A DNA stretch of 64,000 bases from an uncultured Acidobacteriota bacterium. GTDB lineage: Bacteria > Acidobacteriota > Blastocatellia > RBC074. Below, one piece after another: positions 19,035 through 28,300 of this stretch; within the stretch, counting starts at the first letter, position 1, and each line of letters starts with the position of its first letter. The DNA is taken from NCBI GenBank assembly GCA_963699175.1, contig OY969418.1, positions 7,325,352 through 7,389,351 on the forward strand, given 5' to 3'. The notes beneath the pieces are model-generated. The model saw only the letters and a program-made list of their open reading frames with translations, was not told where the DNA came from and made no database searches. The position numbers and the translations under genes are program-made.

Positions 19035-19132
19035 GTACCGTAGACTGTCAGTCTGCGGAAGACTCAGTTTTTTACCCACTGGAACCGAAGGGCACGACAC
19101 CAAGTCTTCCGCAGACTGACAGTCTACGGTAC
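19035..19132. repeat. 29-bp perfect inverted repeat with nested palindromes between convergent genes
   Basis: GTACCGTAGACTGTCAGTCTGCGGAAGAC ... GTCTTCCGCAGACTGACAGTCTACGGTAC. Each arm itself contains the palindrome TAGACTG-t-CAGTCTA. T6 in the spacer. Confidence 0.7.
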
Positions 19133-19166
19133 CGCGCGCGTGCCCCTCAATTTGAGGTGATTGGTC

Positions 19167-20513
19167 TTATTTGAAATTGACTTTGACTGTGTTGGCTGCT
19201 CGCTGATCAACCACCAGATTGAAATCTACGTCACCACGACCCGCCAGATTGCGCGGCAACTCCACGTTGACCTGATCCAGCCCGGCGAAGTCGTTTTGTG
19301 CTCCTGCATAACTTACCGGCAGCGAGGTATTCACGCTCACGCTGTTCAAACTGCTGCGCCCGCGTATTCCTGTGCCAAACAAGATCAAGAACGTTCTGTC
19401 ATTGGCCTCGCCGAACTCGATGGGATTGGCGACATAGCGATTCAAGCTGTTATCAAAACGTGCGACCGGTGTAGTAATCAAACTCCCGTCGGGTTTGACG
19501 CGCAAGGTATTTGCTGCCGGGAAGCCGCTGCCATTTGCTGCGAACGTGAACAAGCCGGGCGCAACAGCGGCAATGTTGAGTGCGCCGGTTGCTACTATGC
19601 CGCTCGTGTTGCTGACCGTGATGGTTGCCGGGCCAGTGCTTGTGCCTGTCGGAATCAGCAGATTGAGCTGTCCTGGCGAGACAAAAAAGAGTGGTGCGAG
19701 CCGCTCCGTCCCTGCGCTGTCACGCACCTTGACTGAAACGCCACCGAGCGTAGTTGGCAAAGGGAGAGTGACGGCGACAGATGTGCCGGTAGCAAGATTG
19801 CTGCCGAAGGCCGCGCCGATTGCCTCACTCGCCAAATCACCAGCGGCAAAGCTGGCGGCAGAGACAGTCGTCAACGCGCCCGGCACTGTTACTACCGCGC
19901 GAAGCATGAAATTGACCAGCGAGTTGTCGCCGGTCACGCGAATATCTCCGTTGTAGCTCGCGCCGTTGTCGGTCGAAGCGAAGCCGCGATTCTGTACCGG
20001 CTGGTTCGTATCGAACCAGAAGAAGGGCACGTTGTTGGTATTGGGTTGTTGGAAACCGACGAAGAAGTCACCAGCGTTGATGGTCGGGCCGTTTTGGATA
20101 GTGAACTCTACGTATTCACCGGCAGTGCTGGCTTGCGGGACTGTGACGGTTTGATTGACGAGCAGCGTTGGGTTGTTGACTGTTCCCGCCGTGCTCGGCG
20201 TGCGCGCAAAGGCGAGCAGGCGAATCTGTCGTCCCACCGGGCTTTGTGGCGTGACGTTGCGGAAGAAGATGCGGATGGCCTTCAGCGTGGCCGGATAGCG
20301 CGAGGGCGTGAGCCGGTTGACGATGATCAAATTTGGAATCAAGCCGACGGGCGAGCCTTCGGTCGTGCCATCATCCGTTTTGAGTTCTTCGTCGGTGGTT
20401 TGTTGTGGCGCAATGAAGGTTTGAGCCAGGCCGATCTGTGGTGAAGCACTAAGCCATAACCAGCCGGACAAGGTCAGCAGACAAATCGTTGAAATGAGCA
20501 GTCGCATTACCAT
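19167..20513 (-). CDS. secreted protein with Solibacter-type C-terminal domain (TIGR03437-like)
   Basis: Signal peptide. C-terminal FAANGSG...[19 protein letters not shown]...VKVNFK pattern, also present in the 43473..45281 gene. Confidence 0.6.
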   Translation of the reverse strand: MVMRLLISTICLLTLSGWLWLSASPQIGLAQTFIAPQQTTDEELKTDDGTTEGSPVGLIPNLIIVNRLTPSRYPATLKAIRIFFRNVTPQSPVGRQIRLLAFARTPSTAGTVNNPTLLVNQTVTVPQASTAGEYVEFTIQNGPTINAGDFFVGFQQPNTNNVPFFWFDTNQPVQNRGFASTDNGASYNGDIRVTGDNSLVNFMLRAVVTVPGALTTVSAASFAAGDLASEAIGAAFGSNLATGTSVAVTLPLPTTLGGVSVKVRDSAGTERLAPLFFVSPGQLNLLIPTGTSTGPATITVSNTSGIVATGALNIAAVAPGLFTFAANGSGFPAANTLRVKPDGSLITTPVARFDNSLNRYVANPIEFGEANDRTFLILFGTGIRGRSSLNSVSVNTSLPVSYAGAQNDFAGLDQVNVELPRNLAGRGDVDFNLVVDQRAANTVKVNFK

Positions 20514-20656
20514 CCTCCTGTTGAAGCGTGTGGGTTGAAAAGCTTCAAGCCCTCGGCACCGCGGGTGAGTTTACCGCAAGTGATGAGTTTGCGCCGAAGG
20601 ATTTTTGAGGATGGTGCTGTCCGACAAGCTGGTTAGAGCTTGCTTGTCGGACATTG

Positions 20657-21937
20657 TTAGCGCGCTTGAGCAAGCAGCTTTTTGATATGAACACTGCCGC
20701 TGAACGATTCGGCTTTGACTTGCGCGCCGCCTTTGCCCACGACACCTTGAATGGGGCCGCGTGAGCTGAGCCGGCCGGAGGTGATTTGGAGCGGGAATTC
20801 GGTGTTGATCGAGCCGCTGAAGGATTGCGCAGTCAAATTAAATTCGCTGTCAGCGGGAAGCACGACGATCACGTCGCCGCTGAAGCTGTTGAATTCGTAG
20901 CGCCCGTCGGCGTAGAGCTTGCCCTGATACTGCACGCCGCTGCTCAAGCTTTTGAGCCGCAGGTCATGTGAGTCAACGTCACGCAGCATAATCGAACCGC
21001 TGACGGTCTCGGCTTCGACGCGGCCTTTGGCGTTGAGGATTTCGATGTTGGCGCTGGTCGAGTTGGCGCGCACGCCTTCATCCGCTTTGCGCACGATGAC
21101 GTTGCCGCTGAGCGAACTGGCGATGACGCGACCGCGCACGTCCTCGACCGTGACATTGTCGCTGTGCGCGTGTGCTTCGACATCACCACCGACGCCCGTG
21201 ATGTTGATCCAGCCGCTGGTCGCGTTGGCGACGGCGCGTCCGCCGATGCGCTCCATTTTGATCGAGCCGCTGGTGCAGATGACTGTGGCGTCGTCGCGGG
21301 TCTGGCTGACGCGGATGTTGCCGCTGGTACTGCGCGCATTGAGCCGCGAGCCGACATCGCTGACGGTCACGTTGCCGCTGGTCGAGCCGATTGAGAGGCC
21401 GCCGCCGATGCGTTCGGCGCGCGCGTTGCCGCTGGTGCTGGATAAATTTGCATCACCGCTGACCTCGGTGGCGGAGACATTGCCGCTGGTTGAATGTGCG
21501 ATGGCGCGCGCTATGGGACCAGTGATGGCCACTTCGCCGCTGGTCGAATTGATCGAATTGAGCACGGCGGAGCGGGGAACTTTCAGATCGTAGTTGACCG
21601 AAGTGCTGTTTGATCTGCCGCGCGGGTAGACGGTGGTGATCTCCAAACGGTCAGGGCGGCTGGTGACGCGAATCTCGACCTGCTGCCAATCTTCTTCGCG
21701 GTCGCGGCGCGTCTGCTTGACGGCATCCACCTGCACTCGATTCTGGTTCCACGAGGTCACGCGGATGTAGCCGCTTGAATTGGTCACACTGATCGTGCCG
21801 TCAGGGTTCAACTCGAAGGTCTGATGAAACTCGCGCTCAAAGTTTTGCGCGTGCGTCGTAACGGCCAACGCCGCGCTGACAACAATTCCCAGCAAAGCAA
21901 CCACCAACCAATTGTTCAAACGTTTCGACATTTTCAT
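20657..21937 (-). CDS. DUF4097-family putative adhesin (beta-helical TSGN repeats)
   Basis: Signal/TM N-terminus. Many (S/T)SG(N/D)(V/I) repeat units. Positioned downstream of an anti-sigma factor. Confidence 0.75.
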   Translation of the reverse strand: MKMSKRLNNWLVVALLGIVVSAALAVTTHAQNFEREFHQTFELNPDGTISVTNSSGYIRVTSWNQNRVQVDAVKQTRRDREEDWQQVEIRVTSRPDRLEITTVYPRGRSNSTSVNYDLKVPRSAVLNSINSTSGEVAITGPIARAIAHSTSGNVSATEVSGDANLSSTSGNARAERIGGGLSIGSTSGNVTVSDVGSRLNARSTSGNIRVSQTRDDATVICTSGSIKMERIGGRAVANATSGWINITGVGGDVEAHAHSDNVTVEDVRGRVIASSLSGNVIVRKADEGVRANSTSANIEILNAKGRVEAETVSGSIMLRDVDSHDLRLKSLSSGVQYQGKLYADGRYEFNSFSGDVIVVLPADSEFNLTAQSFSGSINTEFPLQITSGRLSSRGPIQGVVGKGGAQVKAESFSGSVHIKKLLAQAR

Positions 21938-21948
21938 TTCACTCTATA

Positions 21949-22776
21949 CTATTGCCCAGCCTGTTCGGCAATCTCCTGCATCAATTCGAGCTTTTTCGCG
22001 TAGGCCGCTAGCAGGAACTGGCCGCCCGCCGCATCGCTCGGACGTTCGCGCAGGGCGCGGCGACTCTCGGCGATAGACTTATCAATCAGGGCCAAGCTGC
22101 TCTCGTATTGATTGAGCAAACCCGGCGCGAACTTGTCGCGGTTGCGCGCGATGACACGGTCGAGCAACTTGATCGCGCTCTGATACTCACGTTCGGCGCG
22201 TGCGATGTGAGTTTGGATCAACTGCGTTTCGCTGACCTCCGGTTGCGGTTTGGGTTGCACGCGCGGTTCGTTTCTCACTTGCGCAGTACGCGGCACGACG
22301 GCAGTAGTCGGCGATGGTAACGGCGCTGGCGGATTGACTGTGGGCGCTGGTGTCGGTAGGAGTACGACAGCGACCTCCTTACTGTCAGGCGCGTGGTGTT
22401 TGAGATAGAAAGTCGTCACGGCCACCGACACAATAATCAACGCCGCCGCGAAGGCCGCTTGCCGCAAGAGTGCCGGTGATAGCAAGCCGCTGAGCAGCCC
22501 GTTCAACCAGCCGGTCTTTTCTACTGTCGCTGCTTCAGCCGTGCGCGGTTCGACTTGAATGCGCGTGCGCACAGCCTCCCAAAGCTCCGGCGTAGGTTCG
22601 AGCGCAGTCTGTTCATAATATTGCGCGAAGATTTCCTGCTCGTGTGCGAGCGTCTCGCGCGCTTGTGTGCAAGCGGGGCAAGCGGCGAGATGCGCGCGCA
22701 GCTCAGCCGCGCGGTTCTCGCTCAATTCGCCGTAGAGGAAATCTTCCAGTTCAGTTTGATAACGTTCGCAGTTCAT
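21949..22776 (-). CDS. anti-sigma factor (zf-HC2 putative zinc-finger N-domain, one TM)
   Basis: Start at MNCERYQTELEDFLYGEL...HLAACPACTQ (H-x3-C-x2-C). TM segment (AAFAAALIIVSVAVTTFYL). Upstream ORF-track residues are encoded by the 10-mer repeat. Confidence 0.7.
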   Translation of the reverse strand: MNCERYQTELEDFLYGELSENRAAELRAHLAACPACTQARETLAHEQEIFAQYYEQTALEPTPELWEAVRTRIQVEPRTAEAATVEKTGWLNGLLSGLLSPALLRQAAFAAALIIVSVAVTTFYLKHHAPDSKEVAVVLLPTPAPTVNPPAPLPSPTTAVVPRTAQVRNEPRVQPKPQPEVSETQLIQTHIARAEREYQSAIKLLDRVIARNRDKFAPGLLNQYESSLALIDKSIAESRRALRERPSDAAGGQFLLAAYAKKLELMQEIAEQAGQ

Positions 22777-22785
22777 AACTTCCAG

Positions 22786-22822
22786 CTCCATCTGGCTCCA
22801 TCTGGCTCCATCTGGCTCCATC
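22786..22822. repeat. tandem 10-bp repeat (GCTCCATCTG x ~3.7) in the sigma/anti-sigma intergenic spacer
   Basis: CCATCTGGCTCCATCTGGCTCCATCTGGCTCCATC read directly. Confidence 0.7.
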
Positions 22823-22826
22823 AACC

Positions 22827-23441
22827 TTAGCAAGCCTGTGTGTCCAGGTACGGCGCAATCCGCTTTCTGATCTCCAGTCGCGCCCGATGCAGATCGGTTT
22901 TGAGCTTCCCGATGGAATGACCCGTGATCGCGCTGATCTCTTCGTAGCTCTTTTCGTGAAAAATCTTGAGACTGAAAACGACGCGTTTGTCTTCATCCAA
23001 ATCAGCCAGCGCACGGCTGATTTTGACGGTCAATTCCCGATCCAGCATAGCCCCCTCCGGCAACACATCCAGCGCGGGTAGTTGGAGCGTCTCCGGCGCG
23101 TCCAGGTCAACTTTTCTTTCCGCTTTGATCTTTTGGCGGATTGCTTCGCGGACGACATTGCGGGCGATGCCGAAGAGCCAGGTCGAGAGGCGCGCTTCGT
23201 CTTGCAAGCCGGGCAGATTGCGATAGGCGCGGACGAAAGTCTCCTGCGCCAGTTCCTCGGCCTGTTCGTGGTTCTGCACCTGGTTGTTGATGAAGCTGAG
23301 GACAGGCCGCCCGTAACGGTTGAAGATTAGATGGAACGCATCTTCATCGCCGTGTTTCGCGCGCGTAACCACGCCGGGCGCGATCTCGGTAAAGGCCATT
23401 GTCCCTCGCTTCTCACTGGCAATTGCCAAACTACTCATCAC
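22827..23441 (-). CDS. ECF (RpoE-like) sigma-70 factor
   Basis: Region 2 ([12 protein letters not shown]...[12 protein letters not shown]) and region 4 ([22 protein letters not shown]). Start may be Met15 (23399). Confidence 0.9.
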   Translation of the reverse strand: MMSSLAIASEKRGTMAFTEIAPGVVTRAKHGDEDAFHLIFNRYGRPVLSFINNQVQNHEQAEELAQETFVRAYRNLPGLQDEARLSTWLFGIARNVVREAIRQKIKAERKVDLDAPETLQLPALDVLPEGAMLDRELTVKISRALADLDEDKRVVFSLKIFHEKSYEEISAITGHSIGKLKTDLHRARLEIRKRIAPYLDTQAC

Positions 23442-23550
23442 TTTTCAGCACCGCCCAATCGATTGTGTTGCGTGCTGTATGTGTCGTATACACCAAAATG
23501 GTTTCAATGCGATACCAAGATTTTTTGCCTTTAAGAGTCTATTCATGTTT

Positions 23551-23670
23551 AGCCACAGAGTCACGGAGACACAGAGTTTTGCGCTTGATCTGGTAGAACG
23601 GGCGACTAACTTTTGCGCTTTCGTCTAGTTCATTCCTTTATTTCTCTCTGTGTCTCCGTGACTCTGTGGC
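23551..23670. repeat. 26-bp perfect inverted repeat in divergent promoter region
   Basis: AGCCACAGAGTCACGGAGACACAGAG ... CTCTGTGTCTCCGTGACTCTGTGGCT, with a roughly 68-nt spacer. Confidence 0.7.
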
Positions 23671-23744
23671 TGACCTTCCCGAGTGTAAATAGACCCTGCG
23701 GATTTTTTGTCTTTAAGAGGGGATGTGATATAAAGCCGCTTGCT

Positions 23745-24710
23745 ATGCAGAACCGACGCTTTTTGATTACCGGCGGGGCGGGATTTATCGGCAGCCATTT
23801 GGTTGATCGTCTCTTGGCGCTCAATCCGGCGCGGCTGGTCGTGATTGATAACTTCGACGATTTTTATAACCCGCAATTCAAACGCGCCAACATCGCCACG
23901 CACCTGAACCACCCACGCTATCGCCTGATCGAAGCCGACATCGTCAATTACAATGCGCTCAAACAAGTCTTTGCCGAAGAAGTCTTCGACACGATTATTC
24001 ATCTGGCGGCGAAAGCCGGTGTGCGCCCTTCGGTCGCCGATCCGCGCGGCTATAACGAGGTCAACGTCACCGGCACATTGAATCTGCTCGAACTGGCGCA
24101 ACGCAACAACGTCAAAAAATTCATCTTTGGCTCGTCGAGTTCGGTCTACGGCGCGAAGGCTGTGCCGCCTTTCCGCGAAGACGACCCGCTGTGGCCCATC
24201 TCGCCATACGCGGCGACCAAAGCCAGCGGCGAATTACTGGCGCACACTTACAGCCATCTCTACGGCATGCAGATCGTGTGTTTGCGGTTCTTTACTGTCT
24301 ACGGCTCACGCCAGCGCCCCGATTTGGCAATTCACAAATTCGCGCGCTTGATCGCTAGCCAGAAGCCGCTGCCGGTGTATGGTGACGGCAAGAGCGAGCG
24401 CGATTTTACTTATATTGACGACATCCTCAGTGGCGTACTGGCCGCGCTTAACTACGACGCGACGCCGTTCGAGATCATCAACCTCGGCGAATCGCAGACC
24501 GTGACCGTCAAACGTATGATCGAATTGTTGGAACAGGCGCTCGGCCAGCAAGCCGTCATCGAGTATCAACCGCCTCAACCCGGCGACGTACCGCGCACGC
24601 ACGCCGACGTGAGCAAGGCCAAAAAACTGCTCGGCTACCAACCAACTACTCCGATTGAGGTTGGCATCAGACGCTTCGCCGAATGGTTTAAGCGCGGTAC
24701 AAAATTCTGA
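23745..24710 (+). CDS. NAD-dependent epimerase/dehydratase (UDP-glucuronate 4-epimerase-like)
   Basis: Start at [28 protein letters not shown] (YxxxK). The 44 upstream ORF-track residues span the inverted repeat and are unlikely to be coding. Confidence 0.85.
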   Translation: MQNRRFLITGGAGFIGSHLVDRLLALNPARLVVIDNFDDFYNPQFKRANIATHLNHPRYRLIEADIVNYNALKQVFAEEVFDTIIHLAAKAGVRPSVADPRGYNEVNVTGTLNLLELAQRNNVKKFIFGSSSSVYGAKAVPPFREDDPLWPISPYAATKASGELLAHTYSHLYGMQIVCLRFFTVYGSRQRPDLAIHKFARLIASQKPLPVYGDGKSERDFTYIDDILSGVLAALNYDATPFEIINLGESQTVTVKRMIELLEQALGQQAVIEYQPPQPGDVPRTHADVSKAKKLLGYQPTTPIEVGIRRFAEWFKRGTKF

Positions 24711-25309
24711 AACCCTATTTGCAATTGAAGCGGAAACGGTCGGTTACTGTACCGCACCAAGGTTGCCTGTTCCAATTTAGATAGCTTGCGCTACGCTGGT
24801 GAGGCCAAAGCCCGGCCACTTTATCAAAAATACCATTGACCGGCTTGCGTCCGGCACACTAGAATTCGCCCGTATCAGCAGATCTACTCATAAAAAGATA
24901 GAACGTCGCGGTTGGCGAGCCGCTATTTGCCAAAGATTTGTTGATGCCCGTGCGTAGCCAAGCTTGGCACTGTTAGCTGTCATCTAGCCCCGGCCAGAAC
25001 CGGCTTTGTTTCGCGGTGCTGATAAGCGCTACGCCTCCTTCACAAGATTCGTCCGATTAGCCGATACCCGGCAGGCGCATCGCAGTAGGAACTCGTAGAG
25101 CAGAGAGGGTACGCCGAGGTATCGCCCCGAAATCATCCTTTCTTATCGGTCTTCTCAAAGACCCCGTTGAGAGCCACTCTGTTGTTGCCCCGCAATCATC
25201 GTGAGGTTTGAAATGATTGTGCGGAATCGAGCCGCGCCCCATCCGCAGTGGCGCGCACTCGCCGCCAGCAAGCACGTGTAGCGCATTTGCAACCAAATGG
25301 GAGTCCAAG

Positions 25310-28300
25310 ATGAAGAACTCGCGTCAAGCCGCTCAGTGGAGCGTCCGTAACAAATTTCAGCAACTTTTCCGCCGCTTCAAGCAGCGCCCGCTGCAATGGG
25401 GTGTTTGGGGAGCGCTCGTGTTGGTCGGCGCCGCGTGGCTGGGCAACGCCGCGTGGCAACACGTCGCAGCGCAGCAGGTGCAATTCAACATCAACACGGT
25501 GGTCGGCAGCAGCACCACTTCTGGCCTGGTCGCCGATCTGAAGAACGCGCGTGGCGTGGCGGCGGCCAGCGCCACAGTCTTTTACATTGCGGACACAGGC
25601 AATCACGTGGTGCGGCGCGTGGATACTACGACCAACAGTGTCACGGTTGTGGCCGGTCAAGTCGGCTTGGCGGCCACTGATCCACTTCTTGCCAACGGAG
25701 ACGGTGGCGCGGCGACCAGCGCACGCTTGCGCGAGCCGTATGATGTGGCGGTGGATGTTTCCGGCGATCTCTACATTTCCGACACGGGCACTCACAAAAT
25801 TCGCAAAGTGACATTGGGCAGCCAGCCCGGCAATCCTATTATCTCGACGATTGCAGGCAACGGTAATCCCGGCCTCGATACGGCGATTGCTGGCGCTAGC
25901 TTCAGCGACCCACGCGGCCTGACCTACAGTTCCGCTGGCAGTGGCACACTCTACGTCGCTGACTCGGCCAATCATCGAGTCGTTGCGCTCACGGGGCTGG
26001 CCACTCCAACACCTATTTTACAGCTCATCGCGGGCAACGGCTCTCCGGGTAGTGATGGCGACACCGGCCCTGCGGCGGTGGCTTTTCTCAATGGCCCGCG
26101 TGGCGTAGCCATAGACGCTACCAACCGCGTTTTTATTGCCGACACTGGCAACAATAAAGTCCGCGTCGTTACCACCATCAGCGGGAATTCTACGATTGAT
26201 ACTTACGCGGGCACGGGCACGCCGGGTTTCGACCAGGACGGCAACATGGCCAACACGAGTCAACTCAATGCGCCTTATGACGTAGTGGTGGACGGGGCCA
26301 ACGTTTATATCAGCGATAACGCCAATAATCGTATCCGCAGAGTTGATGGCGCAGGCTTCATCTCGACCGTCGCGGGGCGCAATGGGAGTGGTTTCAGCGG
26401 CGACGGCACGCCAGCGACGAATTTCACGCTCAGTTTTCCGAGCGGCATGGTCTTCGTCAGCAACAGCGTGGTCTTTATGGATACGGGCAACCGGCGGCTG
26501 CGGCGTGTGGCAGGGACATCGCTCACCACAATCGTGAGCGATGGCTCCGGCGGCTTTGCCGGTGAAAACGTAGCGGCGACACAAGCGCGGCTCGATGGCC
26601 CGTCGGCTATCACTGTGGATACGCAGGGCAACTGGTACATCGCCGACACCAACAACCAAGTCATCCGCAAGGTCAACGCCAGTGATGGCAAGATCAACAC
26701 GATTGCCGGTATGCCTGGCGTGGCTTCAACTGATCCGGTCGCTGCCAACGGTGACGGTGGCCAGGCGAACATGGCCACGTTCAAATCTCCGTCAGGTGTG
26801 GCGGTTGACGCAACCGGGAACATCTTCGTGGCCGATACTGGCAACAAGCGTATCCGCCGGATTGATCGCAACACCAACATTATTACTACGGTGATGGGCG
26901 TAGTTGGCAATGCGCTCATTGGCTTTGCGGGCATTCCAGCCTTGCTCGAGCCAATTGGTGTGGTGGTGGACAGTCAGAATAACCTTTACGTGTCGGATGC
27001 CTCACAGCACATCGTTATTGCGCAGAGCGGAGCCGTAACTCCAACCAAAGTCTTCATCGCAGGCAAGGCCAATATGCCCGGCGCCAGTGGTGATGGTGGC
27101 AATGCGGAGAACGCTCGGCTCAATCGTCCCACGGGCATTGCGCTAGCCGGCGGCATCCTCTACGTCGCCGACACCAACAATCATCGCATTCGCAAGATCG
27201 AAAACATCAACGGCATCTTCCAGATTTCCAGCCTCGTGCCGAAGAGTGCGGGCACCATTCAAATCGTCCCGCGTCCGGGTTTTGAAGGTGACGGCGGCAA
27301 CGCCGATTTCGCAAAGCTCAATTCGCCCACTGGCGTGGCCGTGGACAGCGCGGGCGCTCTTTATATCTCGGATCGCGGCAACAATCGCATCCGCCGCGTT
27401 GCTCCCGGCACTGACCCTTTGTCAGGTAATCCAGCGAATATCATCACTACCGTTATCGGCAACGGCGAAGTCGGCTTCAGCGGTGACGGCGGCCCGGCAA
27501 TAGCGGCAGCTTTGGGCTTGCCGCTTAATATTGGCGTGACCAGCACGGGCGAGATTTTGGTGGCCGATACCGGTAACAACCGCATTCGCCGGGCCGTGCA
27601 ACCGCCAAACGTCAAACCGACTTTGACCCACCCTGGCAACAAAAACACGACTGAGGGACAGGCGCTCGGTTTCACCTTGCAGGGCAGCGACTCGAACGCA
27701 GGGCAAACGCTGACTTATGCAATGAACTTTACCCCGGCACTCTCGCCATCAACTCCGGCGGAGAAAGTGCCCACACTCAATGCCGCAACGGGCGCATTCT
27801 CGTGGACGCCGGCGGCTGATGTGGCGAGCAGCGGTACGCCCTCGGTGCAATTCCAATTCACCTTTACTGTCACTGACAACGGCAGTCCGACGCTGACGAG
27901 CGATCCGGTGACGATCACCATCACGGTCAACAACACCAATGGCGCGCCGATCGTAAATGCCGGCACGATTCCGACCACGCTCGAAGCGACTGCGGCCAAC
28001 GGCGCGCAATTGCAGCTCAACGGCACGGCCACCGATCCCGATGGCGATACGCCGCTGGCCATCATCTGGACTGACACGCGTCCGGGCCAGTCAGCGGTGC
28101 AGATTGCCAACCAATTAAGCCCGACCGTCACGCTCGCGCTCGGTCAACATTCGCTTGTGCTGACTGCCAGCGACGGCAAGGGCGGCACGGCCAGCACGCC
28201 TGCCAAAGCGCTCACGGTGCAAGACACGACCGCGCCCGTCTTTTCAAACTTGCCGAGCAACATCAACGATACGATCACGTCGGGCAATAGCAAAGTGGTC

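Noticed and set aside
20944-21593. ORFs on both strands overlapping the DUF4097 gene
   Set aside because: Frames with Ser/Thr/Arg/Ala low-complexity translations produced by the repetitive TSGN-coding DNA. The minus-strand DUF4097 frame has signal peptide and repeat logic.
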